A stretch of 64,000 nt of DNA. It comes from an uncultured Chthonomonadaceae bacterium. GTDB taxonomy: Bacteria; Armatimonadota; Chthonomonadetes; Chthonomonadales; Chthonomonadaceae. Position 1 is the stretch's first letter. The number at the start of each line of letters is the position of its first letter. The notes under the pieces were generated by a model. The model was not told the origin of the DNA. It did no database searches and saw only the letters and a list, made by a program, of their open reading frames with translations. Where the stretch lies: NCBI GenBank assembly GCA_963835065.1, contig CAWIEK010000015.1, positions 1 through 64,000 of the forward strand, read 5' to 3'. The translations under genes and the position numbers were made by a program. Shown here one piece after another: positions 28,167 through 39,128 of this stretch.

Positions 28167-30582
28167 AAGTGGCGGTCTCCGTGCCGATGGTCAGATCGGA
28201 TGGGGCGAGTTGAAAGAAGTTGCCAACGCCGGGATTATGTCGGGGGCCGGTTCCGAGAGTATTGTTTACCGTAAACGCCAGCGAGTGAACTGCCACCGCG
28301 CCGGGTACGCGCAGACAGGCCGCGACGATCTCGCTTTCAAAAACCGCCTGTCCGATTTGTACGTTGCGCGTTCCAAACAGGCCCGTATCCGGGTCGGACA
28401 GCGCGGCCTGAACGCCCGTTCGCACCGCTTCGGGCTTGCGGTCGGGCGAAACGACAACGGTAAGCGCAAGCGCGATTGGCGCGGCGGTCGCCTGTTTTAT
28501 CAGCGCGGGACGGTTGGGATCGGCGGACAGGGCAAGCGCCTGACGGGCGGCGGCAACCGCGCCCGCATCATCGCCGACATATAAGGTCGGCCTGCCCCGC
28601 TGCGCGATTTCGTCCCAATCCCAGTAAGAGCGCGCCCGCGCGACGCCGGGAGCCTGAGCCGCAATGGTTTCGTAGTCGTCGGCGGAAATCGCGCGCCCGA
28701 AGGTGAGAACGGACTGCGGGGCGTATCTGCGTATCTGGGCGGGCGGGTCGGGATCGCTGCCCGGCTGCAAAGGGACGGGCGCGACAATCGCTTTCAAGTT
28801 CGGCTGCGGCTGCGTGATGACGGTCAGATCGCCGGGCGCGGGCGTTTCGCTTCCGCTCCCGATACGGTAGGCGGCGACGATGTTGTTTGTGCCGGTGGGC
28901 AGGCGCGACGCGAAGGCAACATACGTTTTGCCCGTCTCGTCTTCTCGCGTGACGAAGATTTTCGCGTTGGGCGGCTGGCCGTAAAACGTCGGCCTCTCAT
29001 GCCATTCCTCGCCGTTGACCCAGACGCGCAGGGTGCTGTGGTAGCCGATTCCCGACCCCGAATCTCCCGGCAGATAGGTCAGCGGCCCTTTTTGCAGGGC
29101 AAACTCCTGCCCGTCCAGGGAAGCGTCGCCGCTGCCGAGGACTTCATTGGCAACCGTTTGGCCCCGCGACACGGACAGCAGATTGAACAGCAGGCGCAGA
29201 GGCGCATGAAGCGGCACGGGCGGAACGGGCAGGCCGGAAAGCGCGACCTGCGCGGCGGAACTCCCCACTTCCGCCGTCGCCAGAACGCCGTCGCCCTGCG
29301 CGTCTTCCACAATGACGGGCTGATTGCCGCCAAACGGAAATAACAGGGATGTGGCCGCGAACAGCGAAGCGGGCGCGGGCGTGACGGCAGGCGCGGGCGC
29401 CCCGACCAGTTCGCCAACATCGTGCCAGTCGAAGAACGCGGTCACAGCGTAATCGCTCCCGGTAACGTCCGGCGTGAAAGTAATCTGCGTGTGCAGAATG
29501 GGAAACGGCGGAAGGGGTGTAGCGGGCGGATTGGTGGGATCATCGGGATTGTTTTTGTACCAGATCACTTCGCTCGTGGCGCTCACGGAAACCAGCGTTG
29601 CTGTGGTAAGGTCCGTTTGTAAAAGGACGAAGTCGCCTGCTTTGAGCGAGCGGGCGAGGCTGACGAGGTGCGCCGTGTAGTCTGGATCAAACTTCTCTAT
29701 CTGCGCGGAATGGCCTTTGCCGCCAAACCGTTTGCCACCTGTAAAATGCGCGTCGAATCTCCAGACCTGCGCGGATTGGGCGCTGCGCAGCAGCCGGTAG
29801 TCCGCTGCGGGAGCGCTCGGCAAGGAAGTCGGCGGGTTATCGAACACGACGCGGGTAAGCGGCTTGCCGCGTTGGTCTTTATCCTGCGTCGTGGCCTTGA
29901 CGGTGACGACAGCGGAAAGGCCCGAAGTCGCGCTCCAGTCGCGCGAAACCAGGAGCAGCCTGTCGCCCTGTTTAATTGTCGTGATTGCGCCGCGCAGCCA
30001 GGCCGCGCCCGCATCATCGAGCAGGCTTGCCTTGTTCGCCAGTCCTGCTGTGGCCGCGAGGGCGGGATTGGGAACGGTATCGGCATCTACCGCGCCGAAC
30101 GGCGATACCGTCGTGTCGCTATCCATCTCGAAAACCTGCGGCGTTTTGCCGGGGCCGGGCTTGCTTTGAATGGCAAACCCCTGCGGGAGCAGGATCGGCT
30201 TGCTGCCCGCTGCAAGCGCGGCGACAATTCCCGTCGCGCCGATGCCGGGACGCGGGCGGTAGCCTAAAATGCGGACAAGGCGCGACACGCTTTCCGGCAG
30301 GTCGGCGGTGCGCAGATAAGACTGCGTGGCGATACGCTCATTATAAAAGGTGAGAATGTCAGCGAGGTAGGCCCACCATTCCACCATCTGCACGGCCAGG
30401 TCGCCGCTGCTGCCGGGACGCCAGAGCGCCAGTTCGGTTTCACCCGGAAGTGACAGCAAAAGCGCGTGGCGAAACGTGTCATACTCGCCAACGCGATAGG
30501 AAATCCAATCGCGTCCCGGCGGGTTGAAAATCACGCGGGGATGCACAAAGGTTTCGCAGGGACAAATCGGCGCGTCGCTCAT
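28156..30582 (-). CDS. Baseplate J-like protein (Afp11 type)
   Basis: YLADILTFYNERIATQSYLRTA, LGYRPRPG, RAISADDYE. Confidence 0.85.
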   Translation of the reverse strand: MSDAPICPCETFVHPRVIFNPPGRDWISYRVGEYDTFRHALLLSLPGETELALWRPGSSGDLAVQMVEWWAYLADILTFYNERIATQSYLRTADLPESVSRLVRILGYRPRPGIGATGIVAALAAGSKPILLPQGFAIQSKPGPGKTPQVFEMDSDTTVSPFGAVDADTVPNPALAATAGLANKASLLDDAGAAWLRGAITTIKQGDRLLLVSRDWSATSGLSAVVTVKATTQDKDQRGKPLTRVVFDNPPTSLPSAPAADYRLLRSAQSAQVWRFDAHFTGGKRFGGKGHSAQIEKFDPDYTAHLVSLARSLKAGDFVLLQTDLTTATLVSVSATSEVIWYKNNPDDPTNPPATPLPPFPILHTQITFTPDVTGSDYAVTAFFDWHDVGELVGAPAPAVTPAPASLFAATSLLFPFGGNQPVIVEDAQGDGVLATAEVGSSAAQVALSGLPVPPVPLHAPLRLLFNLLSVSRGQTVANEVLGSGDASLDGQEFALQKGPLTYLPGDSGSGIGYHSTLRVWVNGEEWHERPTFYGQPPNAKIFVTREDETGKTYVAFASRLPTGTNNIVAAYRIGSGSETPAPGDLTVITQPQPNLKAIVAPVPLQPGSDPDPPAQIRRYAPQSVLTFGRAISADDYETIAAQAPGVARARSYWDWDEIAQRGRPTLYVGDDAGAVAAARQALALSADPNRPALIKQATAAPIALALTVVVSPDRKPEAVRTGVQAALSDPDTGLFGTRNVQIGQAVFESEIVAACLRVPGAVAVHSLAFTVNNTLGTGPRHNPGVGNFFQLAPSDLTIGTETATYAG

Positions 30583-33057
30583 TTTCCACCCTCCACAAGG
30601 AGGTTCAGCGAGCCGCGATCCGGGCGGCTGGCATCGTTATCCACGCGCAAAATCTCGTTCGTTCCGACCGTCAGCGTGTCCGGCAGCGGCTGATACCCGC
30701 TCGTTCGTCCCCGCTCCCGATAGGTGATGGAGAGAACGCCCGCCACGCCGTAACTGTTCTGGATGGCGGCTTCCAGGGCGCTGAATTCCAGCGGTGTGCC
30801 GAAAGTGAAGCGATCCAGAAAGAAAAATCCGGTTGTGCCGTCCGGGTTTCGCGCCGCGCTCAGGGTAGCGCGCAGCGCCGACTCGACATCGCCCCGGAAA
30901 GCGTCCGGGCGGGCGCAGACGGTGACAATGAGATCGAGTCCGATGTAGCGGGGTGGGGGAACATAGGACTCATACCCGGCCATGCGGTAACGGTTCAGCA
31001 AGTCAATGAGCTGAATATGCGCGTTCGTGGGGATGGTTTCGGTTCCTTTCGGGTCGGCGGCGGTAAAAACCGTAAGCCAGCTTCCCGTCCAGCGAAACGT
31101 CGTTCCGGCCTTTTCTACCCAGGGCAGCCGTTGCGCCGCCTGCTCGTAATCTTTGGCAAGCACGGCTCGGTACTGCAAAGCGCGAAACGCCTGCGGCGCG
31201 TTGCGGCGTATCTGCGCGTCGGTTTCCGCGTCCGCGCCCCCGGTCGCCGGGAACGGATTAGTGGCGGCAAGGATGAGCGCGCGGGCAGCCGCGCTCAACC
31301 CGGTAATGGTATCGCGGGCCACGTTGCCGACTGCGCCACTCCCCACGCGATAGGTGACGGAAAATACCGCGCCGTCCGCGGGAACTTCGCCGAACACGCC
31401 GTCACCGAAGCGAATGGTCGCGCCCTGATCGTCGTCGTAATCGGACATGAGGCTGCCGTCGGCGTTCTGCCGGATGCGCCGGTAGCGGGCCGGGTCAACC
31501 GTAAAGACATTTGTAAACAGCTCGGCTTTGAGCAGCGAGCGCAGCCAGTTCCAGTCGGGCGGGGCGGCAAGGTCGGTCTGCGCGAGAGCGATCTCCGGCA
31601 GGGGCGTTTGCGCCAGCGGGTTCGTCGGATCGTCGCGTAGCAGCCAGGCCAATGGCGTCGCGTTCAGCGTGTGCAGATACTGGATGGCAGGCGCATCGGG
31701 GCGGTCATTGGGGCCGGTACGCGCCAGCGCAAGCGGCGTCAAGGGTGCGGTGGCAGGGGGCGCGTTGATGGCGAACGTTTCAGTCATGCGCTGCCCGTGC
31801 GTGGCGGGAACGATGTTGCCTGCCAGACATGGTGCGGCGCGGATCGCCGCCAAACGCCAGGGTTTGTTGGGGCGTCCAGAAAAGCGGATGGTCTTCCGTA
31901 AGCGCTTCACTCGCGTCCCAGAACAGATGCGTGACCGGCACAGCCGGGGCGGGCGGGCCGGGAAACAGCGCGTCTGCTTCCTCCTGAAAGTCGGTCAGGT
32001 GGACGATCTGGCGAACGGGCGGGTCGGCAGGCGTAACGGCAGGCGTGTCAATCAGCAAAGCCGTTCCCTGCGCCGTTCCCTGTGGCCGGGCAAAGTTATG
32101 GCCGTGCCCTTCGATCCACATTTCGGTTGCCCCCGCGGGAAGGCACGATTGGCTGTCGTCCCAGATATAAGGCTTGAGCAGGCCGCGATTCCAGCCGGGA
32201 TTCACGGCAAACACAGCGGTATCCGGCTTGCCCGTTTGCGGATCAATCAGGCCGTTGCCGGTTTCAAAAACAAGGGTTCCGCCATCGGGAGCGGGCGCGG
32301 TCAGGGCCAATCCGGGCGGGACAGTCCCGCCGGCCACGTCAAGCTGAAGCCAGACGCGGGCGGAAACGGCGGGCGTCGGCTCATAATCCACGAGCCGCGC
32401 CAGCCGGACAAGGGAGCGGCGCTGCGTGGCCGTATCCAGCGCGGCTTCCGCCGCAATGCGGTCCTGCGTATAAGAAAGGTCGTCGGCCAGGCTGCTCAAC
32501 GCTTCCAGAAACATCACGCCGAAATCGGCTTCGCTGCGCTCACTCCATTCGGGATAGCGCAGGGCGGAAAAATCCGAAAGGGCGCGGCGAAAACTCAGAA
32601 AATCTTTGGCGAGATAGTCTATGGGCGGCGCGTCATCGGGCAAAGGAGGGCACGGGCGCGAAACAGGCTCACAGTCCAGGTCGGACGGACAATTCGCTTT
32701 GAAGGAAAAGCGCGTGGCGCGGAAAAACGGGTCTATCGCCCCGTTTTTGGCAAGCGTCAGGGTATACAGGGAAAAGTCGCCGGATGCGGGCAGGGTCAGG
32801 ACAAGCAGGGGGCGGCCATCGCTGTCGGACTTCCAATTGTTCGCGGCGGTAATCGGCGGCACGGCGACAGTGGCAATGGTTTCGCCGCCCGTGATCGTGG
32901 CTTCGGTCGGGTTGCCGGAAAGCGGGACCGTGTTCAAGAAATGGACGCGCAAAATCCGCTCGTCAACGGTATCCACTTCAACGAAATCAATTCCGTTTAA
33001 GGTGGCGTTTGCCGGGTCGAGCAGCGCGTTCAGCCGGTCTTTGGAGGAAACAGCCAT
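30579..33057 (-). CDS. Baseplate J-like protein (frameshift near 31830)
   Basis: IDYLAKDFLSFRR, QDRIAAEAALDTATQRRS, IRFGDGVFG, RAVLAKDYE. Confidence 0.85.
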
Positions 33058-33059
33058 AA

Positions 33060-33440
33060 TCAGAGTATCCGCACTTCCATTTGCCGATTGGACAAATCTT
33101 CGATCAGTGTATAAGCGATTAGAATAAGCAGTTGGGCCGGGTCGGGCGAGTCTTCGGGAGCCGTGACCTGAACGCTTTGCACCTGAATCTGACCCGCAAG
33201 CCAGCGATTAAGCGCGGTCTGCACCAGCATCTGCGTGGTCGCCGTAAGCGCGTCGGAATGGGGCGCGAAGATCAACTGCCGCAGGCCGCAGCCGAATTCC
33301 GGCAGGTCGGCGCGCTCGCCCGGCGAGGTGAGCAGAACCTGCCGGATCATCTGTTCGACGTGGGCGGGATAGGCGCTTTGCGCGGCCTGCCCCGAAGCCG
33401 GGTCAATGCGAAACGGAAAAGCGTAATCGTGCCGGTTCAT
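33060..33440 (-). CDS. GPW/gp25 family baseplate wedge (Afp9-like)
   Basis: FPFRID…QVLLTSPGER…PEFGCGL. Confidence 0.92.
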   Translation of the reverse strand: MNRHDYAFPFRIDPASGQAAQSAYPAHVEQMIRQVLLTSPGERADLPEFGCGLRQLIFAPHSDALTATTQMLVQTALNRWLAGQIQVQSVQVTAPEDSPDPAQLLILIAYTLIEDLSNRQMEVRIL

Positions 33441-33608
33441 CGCCTCGCGCCTCCTTGCAAAAAGTTCAGTTAGGGACGCTCAACAAAATAACGTTCCACT
33501 TAGCCGAGTCGTGAATGACCCGTCTACAGGGCGTTCCGCCAACCGGTCTGCGACCGGAACACGCATTTGTTGAAATTTCCTTAACTGCTGTGGTTCCTCA
33601 TCTGCGCC

Positions 33609-33938
33609 TTATAGCCCCGAAACTTTGGGCTGCGTGGACTGAATGAGTACGGTTCCCTGCGGAGCCATATCCGGCCCCAGGCACAGCCCGACGCTCGCTT
33701 CGTTGAGCGTGAAGTCGCTCATGGCCTTGCTTCGCAGTCCTGTCACCACCCACTGCACCTGAACGCAGGGATGTGGCACGAGGCCGATGAGAAACGGGCA
33801 GCCGGCAATCGTGAACGTATCGGAAGGGCGCAGCGCGAAAGCGCCGCCCACTGTCACGCGGGTATTCGATGAAACGGCTTGCACCTGACCGCCGTGCGGA
33901 CACATCATCACGCTGGATACATTGAGTAGGTTTGGCAT
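33609..33938 (-). CDS. PAAR-like spike tip (DUF4280 type)
   Basis: MMCPHGG, IAGCPF, PCVQVQW Cys/His pattern. Confidence 0.8.
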   Translation of the reverse strand: MPNLLNVSSVMMCPHGGQVQAVSSNTRVTVGGAFALRPSDTFTIAGCPFLIGLVPHPCVQVQWVVTGLRSKAMSDFTLNEASVGLCLGPDMAPQGTVLIQSTQPKVSGL

Positions 33939-34029
33939 GCCGTCGTCTCCTTCCACATGTCGCGGGAATGCGCTGCTCACTCAAACACATAATAAATTGG
34001 CCCCAGGAACAAACCGGCGCGTCGAAGGG

Positions 34030-36033
34030 CTACGGCATTGGCGGGTTGTAGAATATGACCAATGCTCTCCGGTCTCGCGGGTTGGGCGGCGTATCGGCGC
34101 CGGTTTCGCCACAAGAAGCGATGCCGGGCCGAATGACATGGCACTCCTCGCGCAATTCGCCTTCGGGCGGTGTCGTCAGGCGACTCGCGTCCACTCCCAA
34201 CTGGCTGGCAAGCCATTCGGCGCGGCGCTGCCCCAGCGCGTAATTGTAAGCCGGGTCGCCTTCTTCGGAGCAACTGCCGATGAGCAGCAGGCGCAGGGCC
34301 GGGTTGTCGCGCAGCGTTTGCGCCAGCGCCGGGAGATTGGCGCGGCCCGCGTCGGTGAGAACGCTCAGGTCAGCGCCCGTCTCGCCGGGACGCGGGTGAT
34401 CCAGCCGGAAGAAGATTTCGACGGACGCGGGCAGCGACGGCGCTGCCGCCGGTGTTGGCGGCTGTGGCTGCGGCGTGTCCGTTGGCGGGGTATTGACCGG
34501 CGGCTGCGGCGTGTTGGTCGGTGGCTGTGGCTGCGGCGTCGGTGGTTCCGGCTCCGGTAATCGGGGCGCAGTGGGCGCGGTTCGTTCCGGTGACGGCGCT
34601 GCGCGCGGAAAATAAGACCACGGGAGTATCACCGCGATGCCGACGTTAAACGCGAAAAATGAGCTGCCCTGTACTGACGGGTCGCCGGGCAAGGGCTGAG
34701 ACGGAACCGCTATGCTGTAGCCCAATGTCGTCGAAGCGACGCCTTGCAAAAGGTTGGGAATGATGTCTACGGCAGCCTGCGGGCCGATCTGCCCGCTGAT
34801 GCCCCACCCCTGCAGGCCGGGAATGTCGCTCACATTATACGCGCCGCCGAGCTGGGCAAAAGCGGATACCTGAAACGATCTGTGCCCCCCTATATCTACG
34901 GAAAAGATAATCCAGGCGGGCTGAATATAAGCCTGGTAGTTATAACCTGTCAGCGTACGCGGGCTTCCAGTTCCCATCAGTCCTGTTGTCGGACGATCCG
35001 ATAACGCGAAGGCGCCGCCAAACTGGGCAAATCCTCCTAAATCAAATCCCAGGTTCCACCCTTGCCCGCCGGGATTGCGCCGCCAGCTATGCACCACGCC
35101 CGCCGCGACGTTGGGCTGATAGCCTTGATCGAAATATGTGCTGCGCGGCACACCTCTCGCGCCCGGCACGGTGGAATTCAGCAGTGGAAGCTGAAAGTTC
35201 AGCGGGCTGATAGGTATCTGAACGACCGTGAGGGGCGTCGGAGGATCGGGATCGTTCTGCGCGGGCGGTGTGGCAGGCGGGTCCTGGCGCTGAAGGATCG
35301 CGGCGCTATTGCCTGTCGGCAAGGCAACGCTTTCCTGATTAGTGGCGAAAGCCTGCTGCGCGGCGCTGTCTGCCTGTCTTTCTTCCGGTGAATCCGAGGC
35401 TCCAAGCCGGATACCGTTGGCGGGCGGAAGGCCACTGCCTTTCTGCTGAACGGTATGGGTGAGTTCATGCGCAAGCAGGCGCTTACCATCCGCCGTTTGC
35501 GGCTGGTACTGTCCGGCGTCGAAAGCGATTTGATTGCCAACTGTGTAAGCCATCGCATTAACGGCGCGGGCTGATTGCGCCGCCTTTGCGTCGGTGTGAA
35601 CGCGGACATGGCTGAAATCCTGTCCGAAACGCGGCTCCATAAAGGCGCGGGTGTCGGCGTTGAGCGGCTGGCCGGACGAGCGCAGCACGTCGTGGACAAG
35701 CGCGGGCGCAACAGAAGGTTCCGCCAGAGCGCCAACCGCGCGGCGCTGCAAAGTGTTTCCCTGCTTTTCCTGACACCCCGAACACGTCCCACTCGCGCTC
35801 GCTGAACCGCCGCAGGCGCACTTGCGCTGCAAAACCGGCGCTTGGCTCGGACGCAACGGCAAAGGCGCAACGCTGTTATATCTTTGCCGTCCAGCATGGT
35901 TGCCTGATGCGGGCCGCTGCGCGACGCGCGGCGATGTTTCGCGGACAGGCACATAAGCGGGCGCAACGCTGGTGTTGTTGGCATTGGTCGCGCTTTCTCT
36001 CGTTGTGTTTTCGGTTGTTGGGGCGTGAAGCAT
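34030..36033 (-). CDS. DUF4157 (eCIS core) protein with Pro-rich linker and C-terminal OmpA-like domain
   Basis: LQRKCACGG, MEPRFGQDFSHVRVH, LLAHELTHTVQQ; C-terminal GSCSEEGDPAYNYALGQRRA…DRRA. Confidence 0.85.
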   Translation of the reverse strand: MLHAPTTENTTRESATNANNTSVAPAYVPVRETSPRVAQRPASGNHAGRQRYNSVAPLPLRPSQAPVLQRKCACGGSASASGTCSGCQEKQGNTLQRRAVGALAEPSVAPALVHDVLRSSGQPLNADTRAFMEPRFGQDFSHVRVHTDAKAAQSARAVNAMAYTVGNQIAFDAGQYQPQTADGKRLLAHELTHTVQQKGSGLPPANGIRLGASDSPEERQADSAAQQAFATNQESVALPTGNSAAILQRQDPPATPPAQNDPDPPTPLTVVQIPISPLNFQLPLLNSTVPGARGVPRSTYFDQGYQPNVAAGVVHSWRRNPGGQGWNLGFDLGGFAQFGGAFALSDRPTTGLMGTGSPRTLTGYNYQAYIQPAWIIFSVDIGGHRSFQVSAFAQLGGAYNVSDIPGLQGWGISGQIGPQAAVDIIPNLLQGVASTTLGYSIAVPSQPLPGDPSVQGSSFFAFNVGIAVILPWSYFPRAAPSPERTAPTAPRLPEPEPPTPQPQPPTNTPQPPVNTPPTDTPQPQPPTPAAAPSLPASVEIFFRLDHPRPGETGADLSVLTDAGRANLPALAQTLRDNPALRLLLIGSCSEEGDPAYNYALGQRRAEWLASQLGVDASRLTTPPEGELREECHVIRPGIASCGETGADTPPNPRDRRALVIFYNPPMP

Positions 36034-36036
36034 GTC

Positions 36037-36546
36037 CTACATCACCTCTAATGCGCCGCTGTTGACGCTGACCGAACTGTCGCTGATGACTACCTGTTGA
36101 ATGCCCCGCGACAGCGTGATTCCCGACGAATCAAGCAGGATTTTGTTTTCGTTGCTGTCCGTAATGGTGATCGTGCCGCCGTCATCGTCCAGCAGAATCT
36201 TGTTGCCATTCGCGGTGACGATGGTTTTCACTTTCGGGGCCGCGTCGTCCGGCTTTTCATCCGTTCGCCAGTAGCAGCCCGACCAGATGGGGTACGAAAC
36301 GTCGCCGCCTTCGAATTCGATCCAGACGCCCGCGCCTTCTTCGGGCAGAAACGCGAAGCCGACTTTGTCGCCCGCATACGGCACACAGGGCGTACACCAG
36401 CCGGTCGCCTGCGTTCCCAGCACGGCGGGAACCTTCGCTTTAATGCGCAGCGTGTCGGCGTCCACATCCGTTACCGTGCCGCGATATTTGCCGTAAAAGC
36501 GGCTGCGCACCCGTTCCAGAATTTCCAGTATCGCCTGCTCGTTCAT
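36037..36546 (-). CDS. Baseplate assembly protein V / gp5 OB-fold spike
   Basis: RFYGKYRGTV, LPEEGAGVWIEFEGGDVSYPIWSG. Confidence 0.9.
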   Translation of the reverse strand: MNEQAILEILERVRSRFYGKYRGTVTDVDADTLRIKAKVPAVLGTQATGWCTPCVPYAGDKVGFAFLPEEGAGVWIEFEGGDVSYPIWSGCYWRTDEKPDDAAPKVKTIVTANGNKILLDDDGGTITITDSNENKILLDSSGITLSRGIQQVVISDSSVSVNSGALEVM

Positions 36547-36550
36547 GGTT

Positions 36551-37690
36551 TTACAGCAGCCCTCCCAACGCGCCGAGCAGCCCGCCCCCGCCTGAAGGCG
36601 CGGCTCCGACCGCATTGCGAACCAGCGTGAAGCGCATCTTGTGCGTATCCGTCGTGATCGTGTGGCGAACGCTCCAGACGTAGTATTTGCCCGAATGGAC
36701 GCTCCCGATGCCGACAACCGCGACGATCTGCCCCACTCGTAAAACCGCGCCCAGCCGCCCGACTTCCGCCTCGCCTTCGCAGCGCGCGAACCATTCGGAT
36801 TCGCGGAGCAGGGCGCGGGCGCGCATCGCCAGTTCGCCGCCGTCGCTCACCGGAGCCGTCAGCAGAGCCGTCATGGTCTTGCCGGAAAACGCGGCCAGGT
36901 CGCGGTCGCCGAGCGCGGTAAGCCCCGATGCGCTGGCGTCGCCGCTCGCCCCGTCCGCGTCGGAACTGTTGAACAGCGCCTGCCGCGCCTGCACTGCGGT
37001 GGGCCGGGTTACGTCCCAGGCAATGTCGAGAGCCTTTACGGTCCACAGTTCGGGATCGTTGAGCGTCAGCGTCACGGCTGCATCGCCGTCCAGTTTGGGG
37101 GCGGCGAAATAGCCGATGCGCTGTCCGGGCTTTTGATCGCAAGTCACGCGGCACAGTTTGCCGGTACGCCGCGCCAACCCGCGCAAAAACTGAATATCCG
37201 ATGCCCGCTGCATCAGCGTCTGCCCCGACTCGGTATGCGCGGACGAGTCCTCATCGCGGTTTTCGGGCGCGGGCGAAATGCCGTAATTGCCAAAAATCGC
37301 GGCGGCGGCATCGGCGTCAGTCACATCCACCCACTCCTTCGCCTTTTCCTCCAGATTCATCAGCCAGGAAGCGTCCTGCCCCCAGACTTCCAGCGTGGAA
37401 TTGGTGACGCCCGTTTCAAGATGCAGTTTGTGCGACAAAACGTAGCCGTCGAACAGGCAGGCGTCCGGCCCACCCTCCGGGGAAGCGACGACCGCGAGAT
37501 TGGCGAACGGCTGCAAGCCGCTGTCATTGACGAACGTTAAATCGCCCTGATCGCTGCGGTCAACGGACAAGGAAAGCTGGATCGCGCCGGGCAAATCGGC
37601 GTTTTCCTCGACTTCCAGCGTTTTCAGCGCGGCCTGAAGCGTGGCGTCCGCAGGCGTACCGTTGAGCAGCAACTGATAGGCGCTTGCCAT
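36551..37690 (-). CDS. Phage late control D / gp27-like baseplate hub
   Basis: QRASDIQFLRGLARR, SGKYYVWSVRH; position in the operon. Confidence 0.82.
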   Translation of the reverse strand: MASAYQLLLNGTPADATLQAALKTLEVEENADLPGAIQLSLSVDRSDQGDLTFVNDSGLQPFANLAVVASPEGGPDACLFDGYVLSHKLHLETGVTNSTLEVWGQDASWLMNLEEKAKEWVDVTDADAAAAIFGNYGISPAPENRDEDSSAHTESGQTLMQRASDIQFLRGLARRTGKLCRVTCDQKPGQRIGYFAAPKLDGDAAVTLTLNDPELWTVKALDIAWDVTRPTAVQARQALFNSSDADGASGDASASGLTALGDRDLAAFSGKTMTALLTAPVSDGGELAMRARALLRESEWFARCEGEAEVGRLGAVLRVGQIVAVVGIGSVHSGKYYVWSVRHTITTDTHKMRFTLVRNAVGAAPSGGGGLLGALGGLL

Positions 37691-37708
37691 GCTTCCATCA
37701 TCCTTTGC

Positions 37709-37861
37709 TAACTATTCACCACCAAGACGCTAAGAACACCAAGTAAAGCTGGCAATAGGAACGAATCCAGAACGCGCGAATCTTTCAATAGCTCCTGCAT
37801 TTTATAACGGCCTTCTTCTCGTTCTTCTTGGTGTTCTTGGCGTCTTGGTGGTGAATAGTTA
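37709..37861. mobile_element. MITE-like element with long terminal inverted repeats, copy 1
   Basis: TAACTATTCACCACCAAGACGCTAAGAACACCAAG … CTTGGTGTTCTTGGCGTCTTGGTGGTGAATAGTTA. Confidence 0.65.
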
Positions 37862-37870
37862 CGTCCTTTA

Positions 37871-38146
37871 CTAGCTGTCTTTGACGGGAATCCCGATCAG
37901 GTCGCGGGTTTGCAGCGCGTCGGGCGATACGGCGTCGTTGGCGTCGCAAAGCTGCCAGAACGCGGTCGCGTCCTGCAAATAATAGGACGCGATCAGGTCA
38001 AGCCGCTGCTCTTCCAGCCGCCGGTGATAGCCGAGCAGCGTTCGCGGCGCGGGCGTCGGGATTTTGATCGCCGTGACGCTGGTTCCATCCGCGCGAACAA
38101 CGGTCACGGTGTCGGCTTTCGCATAGCGGCTTCCAGGAAAAAACAT
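37871..38146 (-). CDS. Small LysM-like tail protein X
   Basis: MFFPGSRY…RLDLIASYYLQDATAFWQLCDAN…IGIP. Confidence 0.8.
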   Translation of the reverse strand: MFFPGSRYAKADTVTVVRADGTSVTAIKIPTPAPRTLLGYHRRLEEQRLDLIASYYLQDATAFWQLCDANDAVSPDALQTRDLIGIPVKDS

Positions 38147-38162
38147 AGATTTCCTTTCCGAG

Positions 38163-38315
38163 TAACTATTCACCACCAAGACGCCAAGAACACCAAGTAA
38201 TGCAGGTAATACCACCAGAGCAGAACGCGTTAAGCCTTCCATATCTTCTGCAATTTTACAATGTCCTTCTTTTCGTTCTTCTTGGTGTTCTTGGCGTCTT
38301 GGTGGTGAATAGTTA
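38163..38315. mobile_element. MITE-like element with long terminal inverted repeats, copy 2
   Basis: Same ~35-bp terminal inverted repeats and 153-bp length as copy 1, with a diverged core. Confidence 0.65.
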
Positions 38316-38331
38316 CCTTTCCGAATACCTT

Positions 38332-39051
38332 TCATCCCAGTGGCAGCATCCCGATGATCGAATCCGTCGCGTTGGCGAGGTTGGCGAGGGCAAGCGCCTG
38401 CCGCAGCCCCTGCGAATAAACAGACGCGCCCTTTGCCACTACCGCCAGCGGACCGGTGACGTTGGCGAGTTCTTCGGCGGTCAGAACGCTCAAGCCGATC
38501 TGGGCATCGGCGTGGATCGGGTTGAGTGCCGCATCGTACAATCTTTCCGTGATCGTCAGCGAAGTCACGCGCACCGGCACGATACGCCCCGGCCCCCACA
38601 CGAACAGCACGGTCGGAAGCTGCAGTTGGGGAACCTGCGTTTTTGGCTTCGTTCCGCCCGCCGCCCCGCCCACCGAAATCCCCCCCGCGCCTACCGAAAC
38701 CGATGCCGACGCCAGCAGGCTGCCCGCGCCGGGGGAAGCCGCAACGGGATACAGCAGCATTTCCAGCGCGGCCAGCCGGGAGTAAACGCCGGAAACCTGC
38801 GCAATCTGCGCCGTAACCGGGTGATTATCCGCAATGGTATCACCCGCGTCCATTGCCAGCGAAAAAGAAAATGCTTCGCCCGGAGCGCCCTTAACCGCGA
38901 GCGGATTGGATTGGAGACCCTGCGACTGCGCCGAAGTCCAGGTATGCGTCATCGTTTCCGGGTTGAATTGGAACAGAATCACGTTGGGCAGTGGAATCAG
39001 AAACGTGGGCATAAATTCCACGAGCGCGCCCCGAAGATATTTGCCGGCCAT
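38332..39051 (-). CDS. CIS tube initiator-like protein (Afp7 N-terminal type)
   Basis: FQFNPETMTH and VLFVWGPGRIVPVRVTSLTITE…LNPI. Confidence 0.78.
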   Translation of the reverse strand: MAGKYLRGALVEFMPTFLIPLPNVILFQFNPETMTHTWTSAQSQGLQSNPLAVKGAPGEAFSFSLAMDAGDTIADNHPVTAQIAQVSGVYSRLAALEMLLYPVAASPGAGSLLASASVSVGAGGISVGGAAGGTKPKTQVPQLQLPTVLFVWGPGRIVPVRVTSLTITERLYDAALNPIHADAQIGLSVLTAEELANVTGPLAVVAKGASVYSQGLRQALALANLANATDSIIGMLPLG

Positions 39052-39128
39052 GCCGCGAACCTCCTTTCCGCTATCATTTCTCCCTGCGCCTGTTTCTCTA
39101 AGTTTTGCCGAAAAACAACAGGGTGCGT

